Positions 29,795 through 44,850 are shown, counted from the first letter of the stretch. The stretch is DNA of 64,000 nt from Octopus sinensis (GCF_006345805.1 NC_043005.1:82026001-82090000); one strand, 5' to 3'. A program made the numbers and translations. Notes: generated by a model not told the origin, from the letters alone.

Positions 29795-30103
29795 TAGATA
29801 TGTGAGCCTGGGAGCGTGTTTATGGTAGAGAAACGTGTGGGCTGGGGTTGGCAAGTATGTTTCCTTTCAAATTTCTACATACAGGGTCTCTTTACTTTCA
29901 CTTTCATTCTATCTATCTGTCTGTCTTCCCTATACCTATATATTTATATGTATATACGTTTGTAACTATGATTGCATGCATGCATGTATCTATGTGCATA
30001 TATATATACATACATACATACATACATATATATACATACATACATACATATATATATATATATAATATATATATATATTATAATATATATTATATATATA
30101 TAT

Positions 30104-30160
<57 letters not shown>

Positions 30161-31316
30161 TATAGCATAGGAAATGTTTATTCTCAAAAGAATCATTTCA
30201 AGTACTGCCTTACCCCATTTCCAACAATTGTGGAAAAAGAAACTCTCCGAACTTAATCAAATCTTTTAGGTCATTGACCCTCTATCCATTCGTTTTGTTC
30301 ATCGTTGGTTTGTGGACATGCTCTTTCTCATTGTAGTTTCTTATTTACCGTTGGCATTTAACGCTTTTTTTCTTCTGAAACTTCTTTCTCGTTTTCGCGT
30401 CCTCCTCCCTTTCGATGGGTTGAAATGATTTCTGAGCAAGCGATTCCCTTTTCTTATCTCTTGGCAACGAAATTATTCCGCTGCTGGTTAGTGTTGCGGA
30501 AATATGACTTTTTGCTGTTACTCGGGTCACACCATTTCCGTTCTCACTCAAACTCAACGCTGGCAACAGTTGAAAGAATGGATTTCTTGGATTTCAAGTC
30601 AGACTCTGCGACTGACAACGGAAACTTCGACTGCTGAAACGATAAACCTTCGGTTCCTTTATTGCTATTTTCGTCCTCTTTGTATTTTTTGTGCTTTTCT
30701 TATATATTTCTTTTAATTTTTCGGGATAAACACCCCTCAGGTTACTCGTGCTGTCTCATGTAAAACAGATTTTTCCATACACCGTGTATCTCGCTGGTCG
30801 ATTTTCTGCTCAAATTTAATGGCCTTGTGATATTGTGTGTATCATAACGATTCGGACGCCCATAGAAGCCCTTAGACCCTCATTTTAATTAAGATATTTT
30901 GAGGTTTGAACATTAGCTTTGTGTAGTGGCTTTTACGGTATCGATAGCCATATAAAAGCGGTATCGTAAGTTGTAAGGATAAGAATATATCACTTTAGTT
31001 ATATCAAGGGGAAAGAAAACGAGAGGAAAAAAAGGAAGGGAGAGAAAAAGTGAAAGATTAAAAGAGGAGAGAGGAAGGGTTAATGGGAACAGTGAAGGGG
31101 TAATAAGAAATCAGGTTCAAGCTCAACCTGGAGATAATATCATATCGATTTCCGATTACCAGAATGCTACATGAAATGGGGTTAGCTTGATGTTGTTGTA
31201 CCCGTGTCAATATAATTGATAATATCACTGTCATCCACTTGGAAAATTGTAGCCTGGTGCCTATGGTAAGAATCAATATATTCCACTCTCTGTCTCTCAC
31301 TACATGCATACATTTA

Positions 31317-31392
<76 letters not shown>

Positions 31393-31497
31393 CATATATA
31401 TATGTAGATATTGTTTAGTTTTATGTTCAATTATAATAAAAACAGTTTTAAATCAATCTGATGTGTTACTCCATACTCTTGTAGAAAATAATATATG

Positions 31498-31529
<32 letters not shown>

Positions 31530-31929
31530 CGTGCGTGTGTGTGTATGTGTGTGTGTGTGCCTGCGCGCGCATCGCTATGTTGTTTGAAGTGGTGTACAGC
31601 TGTTATATATTAAGAAAAAACAAGTGGTCAGGATTTGGATAATAACAAATTATTCAGTGCTTTCATCCCTTCGAGGGATTCATCCGGAATCATTTTTATT
31701 TTGTTTTGTTTGAATTCTCTATAAACAAACCATTCATGATGAATCCGTGAGAAGGATGACATCAATGAATAAATAGTTTTTCTTTTTTATCCCAATCCTC
31801 ATCACTTTCTTTTTCTTAATCTAGATATAAAAATGATGGAATATTTCGTCGAAGGCGACGTATGAGTGTTCAGCTTCAGCTGAATGACCTTCGCAAATGA
31901 TTTTGTTTATAGAGATCAAATGCATGTGT

Positions 31930-32112
31930 TGTACATTAGCTCACTCCCGCAATCAAATCGAAGTTGCCTGTATAGGTGCACGGTCTATAGTGTCAGATGC
32001 CTGAGTGATAACAGAGCAACATGAAAGATAGCGCACCACCCGGTCTAGGAATTAAAAGCACGATCCCGCGACCGTGGGTGCAACACCCTAACTACTAGGC
32101 TATGTGCCTCCA
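31930..32112 (-). mobile_element. Diverged tRNA-derived SINE fragment
   Basis: Ends in caccctaactactaggctatgtgcctccac, the reverse complement of a tRNA-like head with an A-box. Confidence 0.5.
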
Positions 32113-32199
32113 CATCTACCCCAACACACACATACATACCTACGTACATAGGTAAATAAATATATCCATACACACACATGAATATGCACACACACACAC

Positions 32200-32235
<36 letters not shown>

Positions 32236-32660
32236 TTAGCGTTTATGTATTTCGTTTGCAAGATCCGTGATGTAAAATCCGATGTTGAAATAGACCTTGT
32301 TATATTTAGGGGTGGTCATATTTTTTTGCTAATTATACGCACTACAAACAATTAAACTCACTATATGCACCCACTGAATACTTAGTCTTCGCCTCAGCGT
32401 TATTATTATTATTGTTATTTTAGTGCCCTTTGTCTGAAATCTTTCTTCGCACGTCCTGTGACCTCTTCAGCGATTCTTCATAACACGTGTTTTCTCCTGT
32501 TCTGTTTGGTCCACTCTGTCTTTACACACACATACACACACAAAGTTATGTCAAGTTATATATAGAACAATTTAATATTAAACTGAAAGATTATTGACTA
32601 CGTTTTCGTTTAGAGCACATACATTAAAATTTTTACGAGGTACACTTTAACAGTGACTTT

Positions 32661-32704
32661 AAAGTCTGACGAAGGTGAGCAAATCAAAACTTCTGTCACC
32701 TTTT
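32661..32704 (+). ncRNA. Degenerate hammerhead-ribozyme-like motif
   Basis: AAAGT-CTGACGA-A-GGT gagcaa ATC-(A)AAAC-ttct-GTC-ACCTTT. G12 is changed to A; the rest follows the minimal type I layout. Confidence 0.45.
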
Positions 32705-32752
32705 CCCTGTATATACATACACACACACGCACATACACACACACACACACGC

Positions 32753-32799
<47 letters not shown>

Positions 32800-32842
32800 G
32801 AGAGAGAGAGAGGGAGATAGATAGGTAGATAAATAAAACTGG

Positions 32843-33140
32843 CACTGCCGGTTAAAACGAGAAGGGATTTAGTCGATCCGATTAACGGAACAACCTGCTG
32901 GTGAAATTAACTTGCTAATGGCTGAGCACTTCACAGACAGAGGCACCATAATATACAGCAGTTTTCAGGGATAGTCAGTCTGACATGTGAAATGCAGGTA
33001 CTACTCCTTTGTTGCCAGCTGAATGCACTTGAGGGAAGTGAAAAACAAAAGTGCCTTCCTCAAGAGCACAACGTGTCATCGGCAATCGAACTCAGGACAT
33101 TATGATCTGCGCCGAATAACCTAACCTCTCGGCCACTCCC
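32843..33140 (-). mobile_element. SINE family C (diverged)
   Basis: Aligns by eye to 44876-45196 (aacggaacaacctgct...gtgaaattaac...gctgagcact...caagagcacaacg...gaactca). Confidence 0.7.
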
Positions 33141-33756
33141 CTTTATTGATATGTAATAGAGCGAAAAGATGAAAGTAAAAAAATGGAAACCACCTGTAAT
33201 GTTTTTGTGATAAAGATTCTCACTGAATTACAGTACCGTCTTCTGACAGGTAATTATTACCTTAGATACTACAGTAATATTTAACGATAAGGTAACGAGG
33301 CATTCACCTCGCACGACCTGCTTCATATCGTAGCAGAATCTTCAGTGAAGTTCACTCTACGTTTTGCTTCTTTAATAGGTAAGTAACACCAGTTAGCATA
33401 ATCTTAACTGATGTATACCTAAATAATATATTATTGCTGTATGATCATATTTGGACGATTTTGTTCTATGGTATCCGGACAAAAGATAATCTAGAACAAC
33501 TATGAACATTATACCTGGTGAAATATTATTTGGAGGTGTATATCTGCAAAGCATGGCTTTTTACATTTGTATATTCTTCTCAATGTGTGACAGTATTTCT
33601 TGATGTCAATATGACAATATCCGCATTTATGTGCTTATGATTCCTGCTGTATCCACGCTTCTGTATACGATTATTTGTCACAGAGAAACATAATTAGTAG
33701 CAAAATATGAATATCATACGAGGAAGAAAGAGATAGGAGACTGAGAGGAAAAAAAC

Positions 33757-33792
<36 letters not shown>

Positions 33793-36489
33793 AGGAATGT
33801 GAGAGAGTGAGAAAGAATATTGCATTCGAGTCTATATGAGGCGTGGACCGTGTGAAGAGAATTACTCAACAAGGGATTACAGTATGATATTTCTAAGTGA
33901 ATGTTTGCAAAATAAACATGCTGTTTCATGTAATTTATATTTTTATAAAGTAAATATGCATCATGTATTTATTTTATATTAATGGGAATGAGTAACGCAA
34001 TGGCCGCCGCAGCAGGATAACGTTTTTTTCGTCATTCTGTTTTTAGCACAAACTTCTTCTATATTTCGATTTTGCATTTGGCACATCACCGAATACGCGT
34101 AGATAGAGAATAGTGTACAAACTCTAAGCCAGCCCATTAATGGTACAAATATACTTGTTGTGATTTTTTTGTAGGTCCAGGTAAACTACGGTTGGACATA
34201 CTTTAGCAGAAATATATTGTAAGCATTGAATATCTCATATTTTTTAGTATAGCTTTTCTCCTTCCGTTTTTAGAAAGCAATCCAGTGGTTTAAATATAAG
34301 TATATAGGTGTAATTTAAATGAGTGTGTGTGTGTGTGTGTGTGTGTGCATGCGTGTGTGTACGAGTTTGTGTGTGTTTGTATGTGAGTATTCGGTTACTG
34401 TTTTTTTTTTCTTAAAATTAATTTGGGTAATATGTAGAAGCCCGCACAGTCATTTGTACCTAATTTATGGACTCCGGAGATTTGATGTAAGCGGTAAATT
34501 CATCTTTGGCAGTATTTTAACTCAAACCGAGAGAACCAAGGGTAATTACGATTCAGGGATCTTATTCGCGTTCACTCGCTTCTACAATTTAGCCACTTTG
34601 GAATAATAAAGTCTTTACCAGACAATTAATGCAACTTGACTTTGGCTAAAGGAAGCTAATGATTCATTCATCTTTTAATGTTTTTCCTTATACTAGTTGC
34701 TTTTTTTTTTATCCCCAATCCATTTTGGATTGAAGACAATCTTGTCACTATTCTGCAATATATTTCACTAATGCATGATTAAAAACGGACATTACATGGG
34801 ACAAAATCTATATAAAAGAAATTAGGCACTAGAGCGATAGATTTGTTTTGAAGGGAGAGACATTAATCGATACCAGCAATTCGTAGCAGATTTCTTATTT
34901 TATTGACCGCCAAGGACGAAAGACAAAATATGTAGAACCTTGGAATTGAACCCACGTCCTACAGTGTTATAAGTGGTACAGCGACGTATGTTTTCCAATA
35001 TTCTATAGATTTTGTAATTCGCCTCGCCAATGCTCTCGTTTTTCACATCATCCGTTGATGGCTACTGGAAACATTTTCAGGAAATAACGAAAGGTGTGTT
35101 ACGTCATATAGCAAATACGTCATTATGAACTATATAATCTCAGCATACCTTGAGTAAGTAACTGAGATTTGCATCGACAAGTAAATCGTCGATGTGGTGC
35201 TCCAGCATTGTCGCAATTCATTCCCTGAAACAAGTTAAAGAATAAAAAGAGTAATGTCTCTGTCTCTAAAATGTACTTGTATGCTTTCTTAAGTGACTTA
35301 GATTTTTTTTTAAATTGCACATTCAAAAGACCTATGTCGCACTCTTGAAGTGTTTTCTTCATATTCTGGGCAGAAATAGCGTTTTAATTATTGAAGTTAA
35401 ATTAACCCAAAACAGTAACCTATATGTGGTTTTGCCTGCTAAAAATAATAGCAAACCTTTTACAAATCTCAAATATGTAGTTATAGTGAGACAAACTCTG
35501 ACATTAAGATGAATGATCACAGATTTTATGTCTGTGATCAAAAGCCTGTTCAATGAGAGAGACCTAAAGCTATAGATAATAGACCTAAAGCTATAGAGCA
35601 ACAACAACAGGAATAATTTAATACGTGTGCTGATGGAAATAGTCAGACGTTGTTAAAGCATTTTCATTTAACCACAAATACTCTGATAATACTTTAGAAA
35701 TAATACGTCGAAATTAGGAAATCACTATGAAGTTTCCTACAGTTACGGAAGCACATATCACATAATGACGGCCTATAAAATAATGGATTCTACATTCCTG
35801 AAAGCAAAACAAAGCTCTGTATTCGCAGGGCATAAATCAAATCAGCTCTTTTGATGATAATCAGTCGGGTAGAGACATCAAAAGGATACGTAACGTGAAG
35901 CAGGTTCGACCAGATATTGTACAACACGTCGTTATCTAGGTTATCTATCAGCTTGCATTTTTGCTTTATGGCACATAGAAAACAGTTTAACACTGAGTAG
36001 CATCGATGTTATTGATCTTTCTCCTCTTGACTGAACCATACAAGTGTTTTGTCTGCTCTGCCAATCGTTTAACTCATGTGACATATGTCTATCAGTATTG
36101 ATATTTATTCTGAATATGTTTAGTAATTTTAGCAGACACGGAATTGAATTATTATGCGGATGTATTTTTGTGTGTTGAAGTCTCTCTATGGGTATTTGTG
36201 CATTTATGAATATATATTATGCATACAAATGCAGAACTATTTACTAATAGAAACATATAAACACACACACACACATACACACAGTCACACATCCATATCT
36301 GCGTATTTGTGTGAGCGGGTTTGTGTGTGCTTATGGGTGTCTGTGTACATGTGTGTGTATGTATTTTTATCTTAAATTTAATATTTATGAAAACATGAAC
36401 TCTAACATAAATAGTGCAAATATACATACACATGAAAAGCTACAAAAATTTTTCTTAGTTGACTGCATATATCAATGGCAGACTTGAAC

Positions 36490-36627
36490 GGATAAGGCCT
36501 TTTTGTATTATTATTGTCATTATCATTATTATTATTGTTATTATTATTATTATAAATATTATTATTATTATTGTTATTATTATCATTATCATTATTGTTA
36601 TTATTATTATAAATATTATTATTAGTA

Positions 36628-36680
<53 letters not shown>

Positions 36681-36690
36681 GGTAGTAGTA
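36490..36690. repeat. (ATT)n tract
   Basis: Direct inspection. Confidence 0.95.
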
Positions 36691-37598
36691 GTAGTGTCAT
36701 TAGTTTTATTTTCACCACCAGCACCACTAACATTGCTGTTGCTGCTGCTGCTGCTGTTTGAAGGTGTTTGAATATTATCACTCCGCTAGCTCACTCGATA
36801 GAACGAAGTGTGAGATAGAGTTATTTCTCTACACCAATTTCCTCTTTCGGCTAAGGAACAAAGATATTGCCTAATTAAAACAGCATTTTTAATGTAAAAA
36901 TCAAACCAGGCAACTCTAATCATCACCCTCTTAAATGATTAATTTCACTTTTAACTATTCATTTACAAGACCATAAACGTGTTTATCGCTTCCTCAAGAC
37001 AGCTTTTGAAATTGTCTCATAATATTCCTGGAATTATTTTACAATTTTTTAATATGTTCTTTTCTTCAATATTGTTTCTTTTTCATCTTTTTACAATCTG
37101 CTAAAAGATTGATTTACTTTAATGCGTTATATTTATTTATTTATTCATTTATTTATTATCGAATATTGTTTTCGAACCGCGGCTTGTTTTATTAACTTTA
37201 CGCAACACAGACCGGAATTCCGGTGTGTATCAGTTTCGTTTTGTTTTTCTTTTTTCTTCCCAAACAAAATGATAATAATGATTTTTTTCATACAGGCGCC
37301 ATGTTTTAAAATATTTAGACGCAGGTGGGGGGCGTGCGTTGACTCAATCGATTTAAACGACCCTGTTATTAGACTGGTATTCATTTCAGCGACCCAAGAA
37401 GGGGGAAACGGAAATTTGTCTTCGGCAAAATTTTTATTCAGAATCACCTTAGCGAAACAGGGTATTTTCGTGCGATGCTCTTTCGATACTGCAACGTCAC
37501 CGTTTTAGTTGCAGGCGTAGCTATGTGGTTAACAAGCTCGTCTTGCAACTACGCGGTTTATATATATGCAGTCATATATATATATATATGTATGTATG

Positions 37599-37605
<7 letters not shown>

Positions 37606-37692
<87 letters not shown>
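37606..37692. repeat. Pure (TG)n microsatellite
   Basis: Direct inspection. Confidence 0.95.
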
Positions 37693-37695
<3 letters not shown>

Positions 37696-39074
37696 GAGGA
37701 AAGTAAGAAGCAAAAAAAAAAAGCGAAAATGCGCACTGAAAATCAAAAAAGTGAAAGTGATTTTAAAGAGAGAGATTTGAAAGAGATGACATGGTGATTA
37801 TTCTTGACTGTTACATTTACTTACAGTTGGGAGGAAAGATAAGCTTAATTCTCGTTATATTTGAATTGGCCTGGTTGCACGCAATGGGAAGTACATACAC
37901 ACACACACAGACACACACACACGCGCATACACACGCAGAGAGCAAAAGAATCGTAAAATTAAAGGGGTAATTGGGGTAGTAGTAGTAGTAGGAGAGAGTA
38001 CAAAGGAGAAATTAGAAATTGCATTCCGTAGACAAAATATAGCAACAAATTGTACAGTCGCATTTGAATTTGACAGAACATATTTAATAATGAACATGCA
38101 TATCATCGTTTTGTTTTATTCAACTCTATTTTAAAGTAATGCTTTCTGTTTTAGAAAATAAGTATTCGTTTTATTCCTTTGTATACGTGCCAAAAAATTT
38201 TATAAGATTTGAATTATAACCATTGTATGCATAGCATAATGTCTGCTACTGCCCATCGTGGTAAAAGTGTACTTTGAAAGTTACTCGCCATAAGACGGTT
38301 AATCTTCAAGTCTGTAAATAAATGCTACAATGCATTTTCTGAAGTGCCAGTCTTCTACTACCATTCACAGTGCATAATATAGTATTAATATTAGCAATCA
38401 CATCTTGCATAAACCTACAGCAATGTCTGTATAATCGAAAAGAAAAAGAAATAGAAAAGTTATAAACTCCATACTTTGTTTTCAGAAGCATTAATGCAAT
38501 GAGCGAAGTGACTGCTCCAACTGGATATCAAAATCGTCTTGCTCTGCCGATGCTGCCACTACACATAACAGTATAACGTTTACTCTGTAAGAGGCACGCC
38601 AGTCGACCGTCAATAGCAATGGAACACAATCAATAATATTCAAGGAGAGTTATTGCTGGTCGATGAACGTGAATATCTTTGACCTGAGTGAGTTATTTAC
38701 TTAGAAACATGCCATGCATCTTTAGTTCTCCACGCCACCGCATCTCTCCATTCGCTACATCATCAATAGCAACATAGATTTCGATGCTGATATTTTGAAC
38801 ACCGTGAATAGGCCATCGTTATAGTGAAGGAGATGGGCGGGAATGTATATCTGATTGCATTTGATCGTTTTGAAAATTCTATAATATCAAATAAATTGAT
38901 GATTATTTAAATACAAAATTATTGATAGATAAAACTATATATATATATATATGAAGCACATGAAACACATATATACATATATAAAACATGCACACATACA
39001 TACAAATATGTACATATACTGATATATTTATTCATGAGAGTCCATGTATCCATATGCACAAACACATGAATTAA

Positions 39075-39320
39075 AGCGGATTGTTGTTCAATCTCAACGC
39101 GTGGCGCATTGAGTACGTGGACTTACCTAAACTCAAACCATTTCTCGGAATTTAGGCAGACGTAGATCGTAGAAGACTATAACATCTTGCAAATTGGTTT
39201 TAGTTTTGCCTAATTAGACGCTAATCAATGTCTGTCTAATGCAAGGTCACGTCCACCTAATCAGATGGTTTGATGAGATGAGCGTGTCCTACGGTCACGA
39301 AATTTTGAGAACGACCTCAC
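39075..39320. mobile_element. Possible MITE-like element with decayed terminal inverted repeats
   Basis: The right end ttgagaacgacctca has only a partial complement (..tctcaa) at the left end. Weak support. Confidence 0.25.
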
Positions 39321-39385
39321 TCAAAAGGTCAGTATGAATGTATGTATGTATGTATGTATGTGTATATACATATATATATGTATAC

Positions 39386-39450
<65 letters not shown>

Positions 39451-39786
39451 CACATAAAGACAAACATGCATGCATTATACATCTTCGCTCTCCCTCACAG
39501 ATATATCTATCTCTATATACTGACATTTCCATTCACATGCAAGTTGTTTGTGTGTGTGAATATATATGTATATTTTATGGCGGTGCTCCAGTATGGCCGC
39601 AATCAAATGGCTGAAACAATATATGAATAAAAGTGTAAAAGAATACCTATACATATATGCATTTATATATATATTTATTGGCACATGTATAGATATCTAC
39701 AGATACGCATGAATAACTAAATATATCTGGTTCTAAGTGTTTTCCACATTACATTATAAATATAGTATTATATTTATAGAGAGGCG

Positions 39787-40150
39787 GAGGCACAATGTCT
39801 CCCTAGTTAGGGTAGCGGCCTCGCGGTATCGATTTCCAGACTGGGCGTTGTGAGTGTTTATTGAGCAAGTCACCTAAAACTACACGTGGCTCCGCAGGGG
39901 GTGGGTCGTGAACCCTGCTGTACTCTTTCGCCTGAACTTACTCTCTCTCTTTCTTCCTGTTTCTGTTGTGCCTGTGTTTCAAAGGGCAAGCCTTGTCACC
40001 CTCAGTGTCACGCTGAATCTCCCTGAGAACTAAGTTTAGGGGTTCACGTGTCTGTGGAGTGCTCAGCCACTTGCGCATTAATTTTACGAGCAGGCCGTTC
40101 CGTTCATCGGATCAACTGAGACCCTCGTCGTCGTAACCGACGGAGTGTCA
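39787..40150 (+). mobile_element. SINE family C
   Basis: Its 3' ~170 bp (gtcaccctcagtgtcacgctg...ccctcgtcgtcgtaaccgacggagt) is the reverse complement of 44876-45035. Confidence 0.8.
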
Positions 40151-40762
40151 CATATAACGATGCATAACTAAAAATCGCTATAAACGTATCTCGTGTCCAT
40201 TTCTCTCTTTAACACCCTACTAAATGAATTTATGCTAAAACCCCTATTTTATATTCAACTACATTTGAAAAAAATCAGCGTTCTTCCAGATCTGTCTCCA
40301 TCCATAACTTCCTGCTGTACCCGACTACCACATCTTTTTCGACGTCAGCACCATCCTGCTCTCCTTTCACCTTCTGCTCCACTTCATCTTGCTCTTCATT
40401 GTCATCTTCCTCACTCTTCCTTTTCTTCCTCCCCTCCTTTTCTTTATTCGTTGTCCCTTCTCCACTTCCACATTTTCTTCCTCATCATTATATCCTACAC
40501 CCCGTCCTTTCTACTCGCGTTGTGATTTCTGCCTAAATCTGGGTCGCCACTGTCATGTATATTGTGGTGTCATTGCAGTTAATCCAATACATCCGAAATG
40601 ACACGCGAACCGTTGCCTGCTCATCATCTTTCACTTCATATTTTAAACCATTTCAATCAAACTAGCTAAATCACATAATCTTTATGTGTAACCTTGAACA
40701 AAATTCTTTCTCTTTCTGATGATGTTACAAGAATTTAACCTCTCAGCAGATAATAATTTATT

Positions 40763-41143
40763 TGGCCTTGTAGTAAGTAGCTTGTTTATCAACTACATGG
40801 TTCCGGGTTCAGTCCCACTGCGTGGAACCTTGGGCAAGTGTATTCTACTATAGGCTCAGACCGACCAAAGCCTTGAGGGGATTTGGTAGACGGAAACTGA
40901 AAGGAATCCGTCGTATATATATATATATATATATATTTACACACACACACACACAACGGACTCGTGTGTCTGAGTTTGTCTCCCCAACATCACTTGACAA
41001 CCGATGCTTAACTTAGCGGTTCGGCAAAAGATCACGATAGAATAAGTACGAGGCTTACAAAGAATAAGTCTGAGAGTCGATTTGCTCGACTAAAGGCGGT
41101 GCTTCAGCATGGCCGCAGTCAAATGACTGAAACAAGTAAAAGA
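40763..41143 (+). mobile_element. SINE family A, near full length
   Basis: B-box-like ggttccgggttcagtccc, internal (TA)n(CA)n, tail ggcggtgcttcagcatggccgcagtcaaatgactgaaacaagtaaaag. Confidence 0.9.
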
Positions 41144-41627
41144 GTACTAATCACATTATTATAATTCTAATACAGTCCCAGTGTATTTACCATTATCAAA
41201 ATATTTTCATTAATTCCCTGAACCTTGCTTCAGATACAATTCTCTCCGTTTTAGCTTTAATGTCCCGCCGATATTCCGTTCCTGCTGTAACAGCTAAAAG
41301 TGTCAGTGACATGTAGGTCATCTTCTGAACGTTCATCGTTATTAAATGTTTGTAAATTCTAACGCATTTGTCGTGATGTATGCGATGTTTCTTGCGATAT
41401 ATCATTTGGCACGCGATTTTTTACGTACAGAATATCAGAATATTTAATATTTAAATGAAAGACTAATCTTGTGCATTTGCTTGCTCTGCATACTCAAACA
41501 CTTAATAAGTGTTAAAAAGGTATATATGTATATACATATGTATGTATGTATGTATGTATGTATATGTATGTATGTATGTGTATATATATATATATGTGTG
41601 TATGTATGTATGCCTGTATGTATGCAT

Positions 41628-41673
<46 letters not shown>

Positions 41674-42440
41674 GTAGACTTGTATGTATGTATATACATA
41701 CATGCATATATGTATGTAGACCTGTATGTATGTATGTATGTATGTATGTATGTATATACATATATATACATATATATCTATATGTATGTACGTCTGGCCT
41801 GTATGTATGTATGTATGTATGTATATATATATATATGTATGTTTGTATGTATGTATGCATCTATCTGTCTGTAAATATGGCTTGACATTATTGAATAGTC
41901 TGAGATAGTCGTGTTCAAAACAGAATATACATCGGATTCAGACGAACAGCGGCGATGCAGTAACCCATGAGAATGATGGACACATTCAGCTTTTCCTGAG
42001 GCTTGTCAATGTCACACAGAATGTTGTCATATATACACTGTCGACTGTACATTGTGCTCTTAGCACAGCAAGTCTTTGAACAGATTCTATCTCAGACAAT
42101 TCGACAGCCTCACATATGCTAATGGTGTGTATACATTTAATAAGACGTAAGACACACAGATAGCGATTCTAAGTTAACGCTCTTTGTAACTGCTTATACG
42201 TTATTACACATATGAACATACATAGGCACAAATGCACATGCATATACAATCGCAAACACGCATACACACACATATATATAGAGACGGTATTTACAAGACA
42301 TAGAGATTAAAACAGAAAAGGCTCTTCTGTACAGTTTTTGTAAAAGTATATTCTCTCATTGATGATCCACACTTCACTGTATCGCTACTTGTTTCTCGCT
42401 TTTCAATGACAGTTTGCTGCGATATCTATTTTCATAGAAG

Positions 42441-42507
<67 letters not shown>

Positions 42508-42630
42508 TTATTATAATTTGAGGGAATGAAATCCGAACTTACAAGGAAAAAATTCAATTCAGAAATACTAAATCAAATCTCACACAATATAATATATATA
42601 TAAAAAATTAGAAAAGAAACACCTTTTATC

Positions 42631-42710
42631 AATTGCAAAAAAATAATAAAAACGTATATAATAGGTTTTCTACCTATTATATACGTTTTTATTATTATTT
42701 TTTTGCAATT
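42631..42710. repeat. Near-perfect 80-nt palindrome/hairpin
   Basis: aattgcaaaaaaataataaaaacgtatataataggt-tttct-acctattatatacgtttttattattatttttttgcaatt. The only defect is one extra ATT in the right arm. Confidence 0.9.
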
Positions 42711-42854
42711 TACTTAATCTTTGACATTTTGTTGTCATTTTAATTTAAATGTTTCTATTATATGTAATTTTCTAGATGGTGTAATTGAATTGTTCATTTT
42801 GAATTGACAAAAAGTGTTTTTTTTTTCTAATTTTATATGTATATATATATATTA

Positions 42855-42903
<49 letters not shown>

Positions 42904-44667
42904 TCTAAGTTTCTCTAAAGAAGACTGTGGCAGCGGTACTGGATATTAACTGTTATCGCCAATCTAATATGGTGGTCCATAAATATATTCCACACACATA
43001 TATCCACTTCCAGTCACTTCAGCCATGTAACCATACACGTGCTTTTTGATTTTTAAAAAATTCCTCCAACTCTTCCAGGCGAAAAGCTATGCTCGAAACA
43101 GTTATACACCTACTGATTTTTCCACCTTATGCCGTGCGCCAAGCTAGTATACACACACACACATCTATATATAAATATGTGTGTCAGTGTGTATATATGC
43201 GTGTCTGTATATTTATAGTTATAGTTATCTTATGAAAGATACAGACTGCATAGAATTACTCAAGTCGAGCCTAAGACGTCCGACAATTATAATACATGGA
43301 ATGGAGAAAGTTGAAATCAGTAAACCACAATGAACACAGATGTATATGGATTTCATTAAGATAAAAGTTGTCCCAAAAGTTGTTGATATATTAAAAATAC
43401 ATATAAGAATATATGAATATTAAAATATATATGGACATATAAATATATGAATGTACGAACAGTAATAATATAATGAAGTATATGATTGTAGATAAAAACG
43501 TTTTGTTAAAAATGGAACATAATATATAGCGAAGAGGAGACGAAAAAATATTTTACGTTACATATTAATAAAAAGTATTCCTACAGCTGTTTCTTACCTT
43601 ACCAACGAACTTAACATATTTCTACTGTAAACATCACTTTTTCCCTGATAAAGGAGATGTTTTCTGAAAATGAATTTTAAGATTCATTTTTTGCTCGGAG
43701 GACTGAACGCCTGAAACGGCGTATACGTATCTGTTCATTGAGTTTTTTCCTGATTTGAACTTTCTCCATTCCATTTATTATGTACATATATATATATATA
43801 ATTAAATCAAAGATATTAATTCCCTTAAAAGGATGTCACCATCCAAGTTTCCCCATAATATCCAGTGTATTAGAGAAAAACCAAACATGTTAGATTCGCA
43901 TTGATGGTTTTGAGTAGATTGTCTACCAAGACATTAGAATGTAGCTCCTTTCAATGAAATTCTTCCTTTGACAAAATCCCCAATTAGCTATATTGAATAG
44001 CAAAATTTAATTTAATTTCTCAAATTGGGAATGGAAACAATTGTAGGAGCTATGAGTTTGTTTTGTTTGGAATTAAATATGTTCTAAGAAATCGATATCT
44101 ATGTCTCAAATTCTCCGTTTCTTTTTCTTCTCATCAATAAACAAATACACACACATACACACACACACACATATTATATGTGCGTGCGTATTTATATCTT
44201 TTTATGCATGTATGTATTTATGTATCTATCTAGACACCTATCTATGTATTTAGTAAAGATACATGTATTCGTGTGTATCTTTCGATACATTCTTACATAC
44301 ATACCTACCTACATACATAAAAAGATCCTACTACATACATATCTACAAATGATAGTCCGATAGTTGAGAGCGAAATTGATTTTATATTTCTTATTTTCTT
44401 ATTAAAGTCTGATAGAAATAATCATCCTTATCAGTAAGTGTGAATCTAAGTCATGTCAGACTCTCATATTTCAGCGGACATGGCGTGACCAATAGCGATG
44501 TCCGATTTTGTTTGCATGCAATATATTCTTCTAATTACACCTTTTGTCCACTTTAATCTGTCTTTCTCCTACTATAGATTCATTTCTGTTATATTGCTTC
44601 TTATGATTTATTCCGCATCGCATTCTCTATTCTAGTAATCCTACCACATATATGCATATATAGGTTA

Positions 44668-44850
44668 GAGTTTACGAAAAAAGACAAAAGACGAAGACAG
44701 GTGGTATACAAAACAAACAGATGTATTAGTATAACGCTCAGGAATAGAAAATGTATTTTACGTTTCGAGCCTAAGCTTTTCTACAGAAAGGTACACAGAA
44801 AACAAGGAGGGAAAAAAAGTGTGTAGCGGCTAACGATCTATCATGGCGTA
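44668..44850 (-). mobile_element. Penelope-like terminal repeat fragment with decayed hammerhead-like motif (44756-44790)
   Basis: Minus strand reads cttt-CTGTAGA-A-AAGC ttag GCTC-GAAAC-GTA-aaa, then CCTGAGCGT as in 18230-18436. Confidence 0.55.

Noticed and set aside
30349-30613. Possible minus-strand non-coding first exon (TCAGT at 30615-30611, donor CG|GTAAAT)
   Set aside because: Both signals are short and common, and no linked coding exon could be shown.
35790-35993. F-box-like peptide IDNLDNDVLYNIWSNL on the minus strand
   Set aside because: Short resemblance only, with no pyrimidine-rich acceptor or supporting exons. Probably chance.
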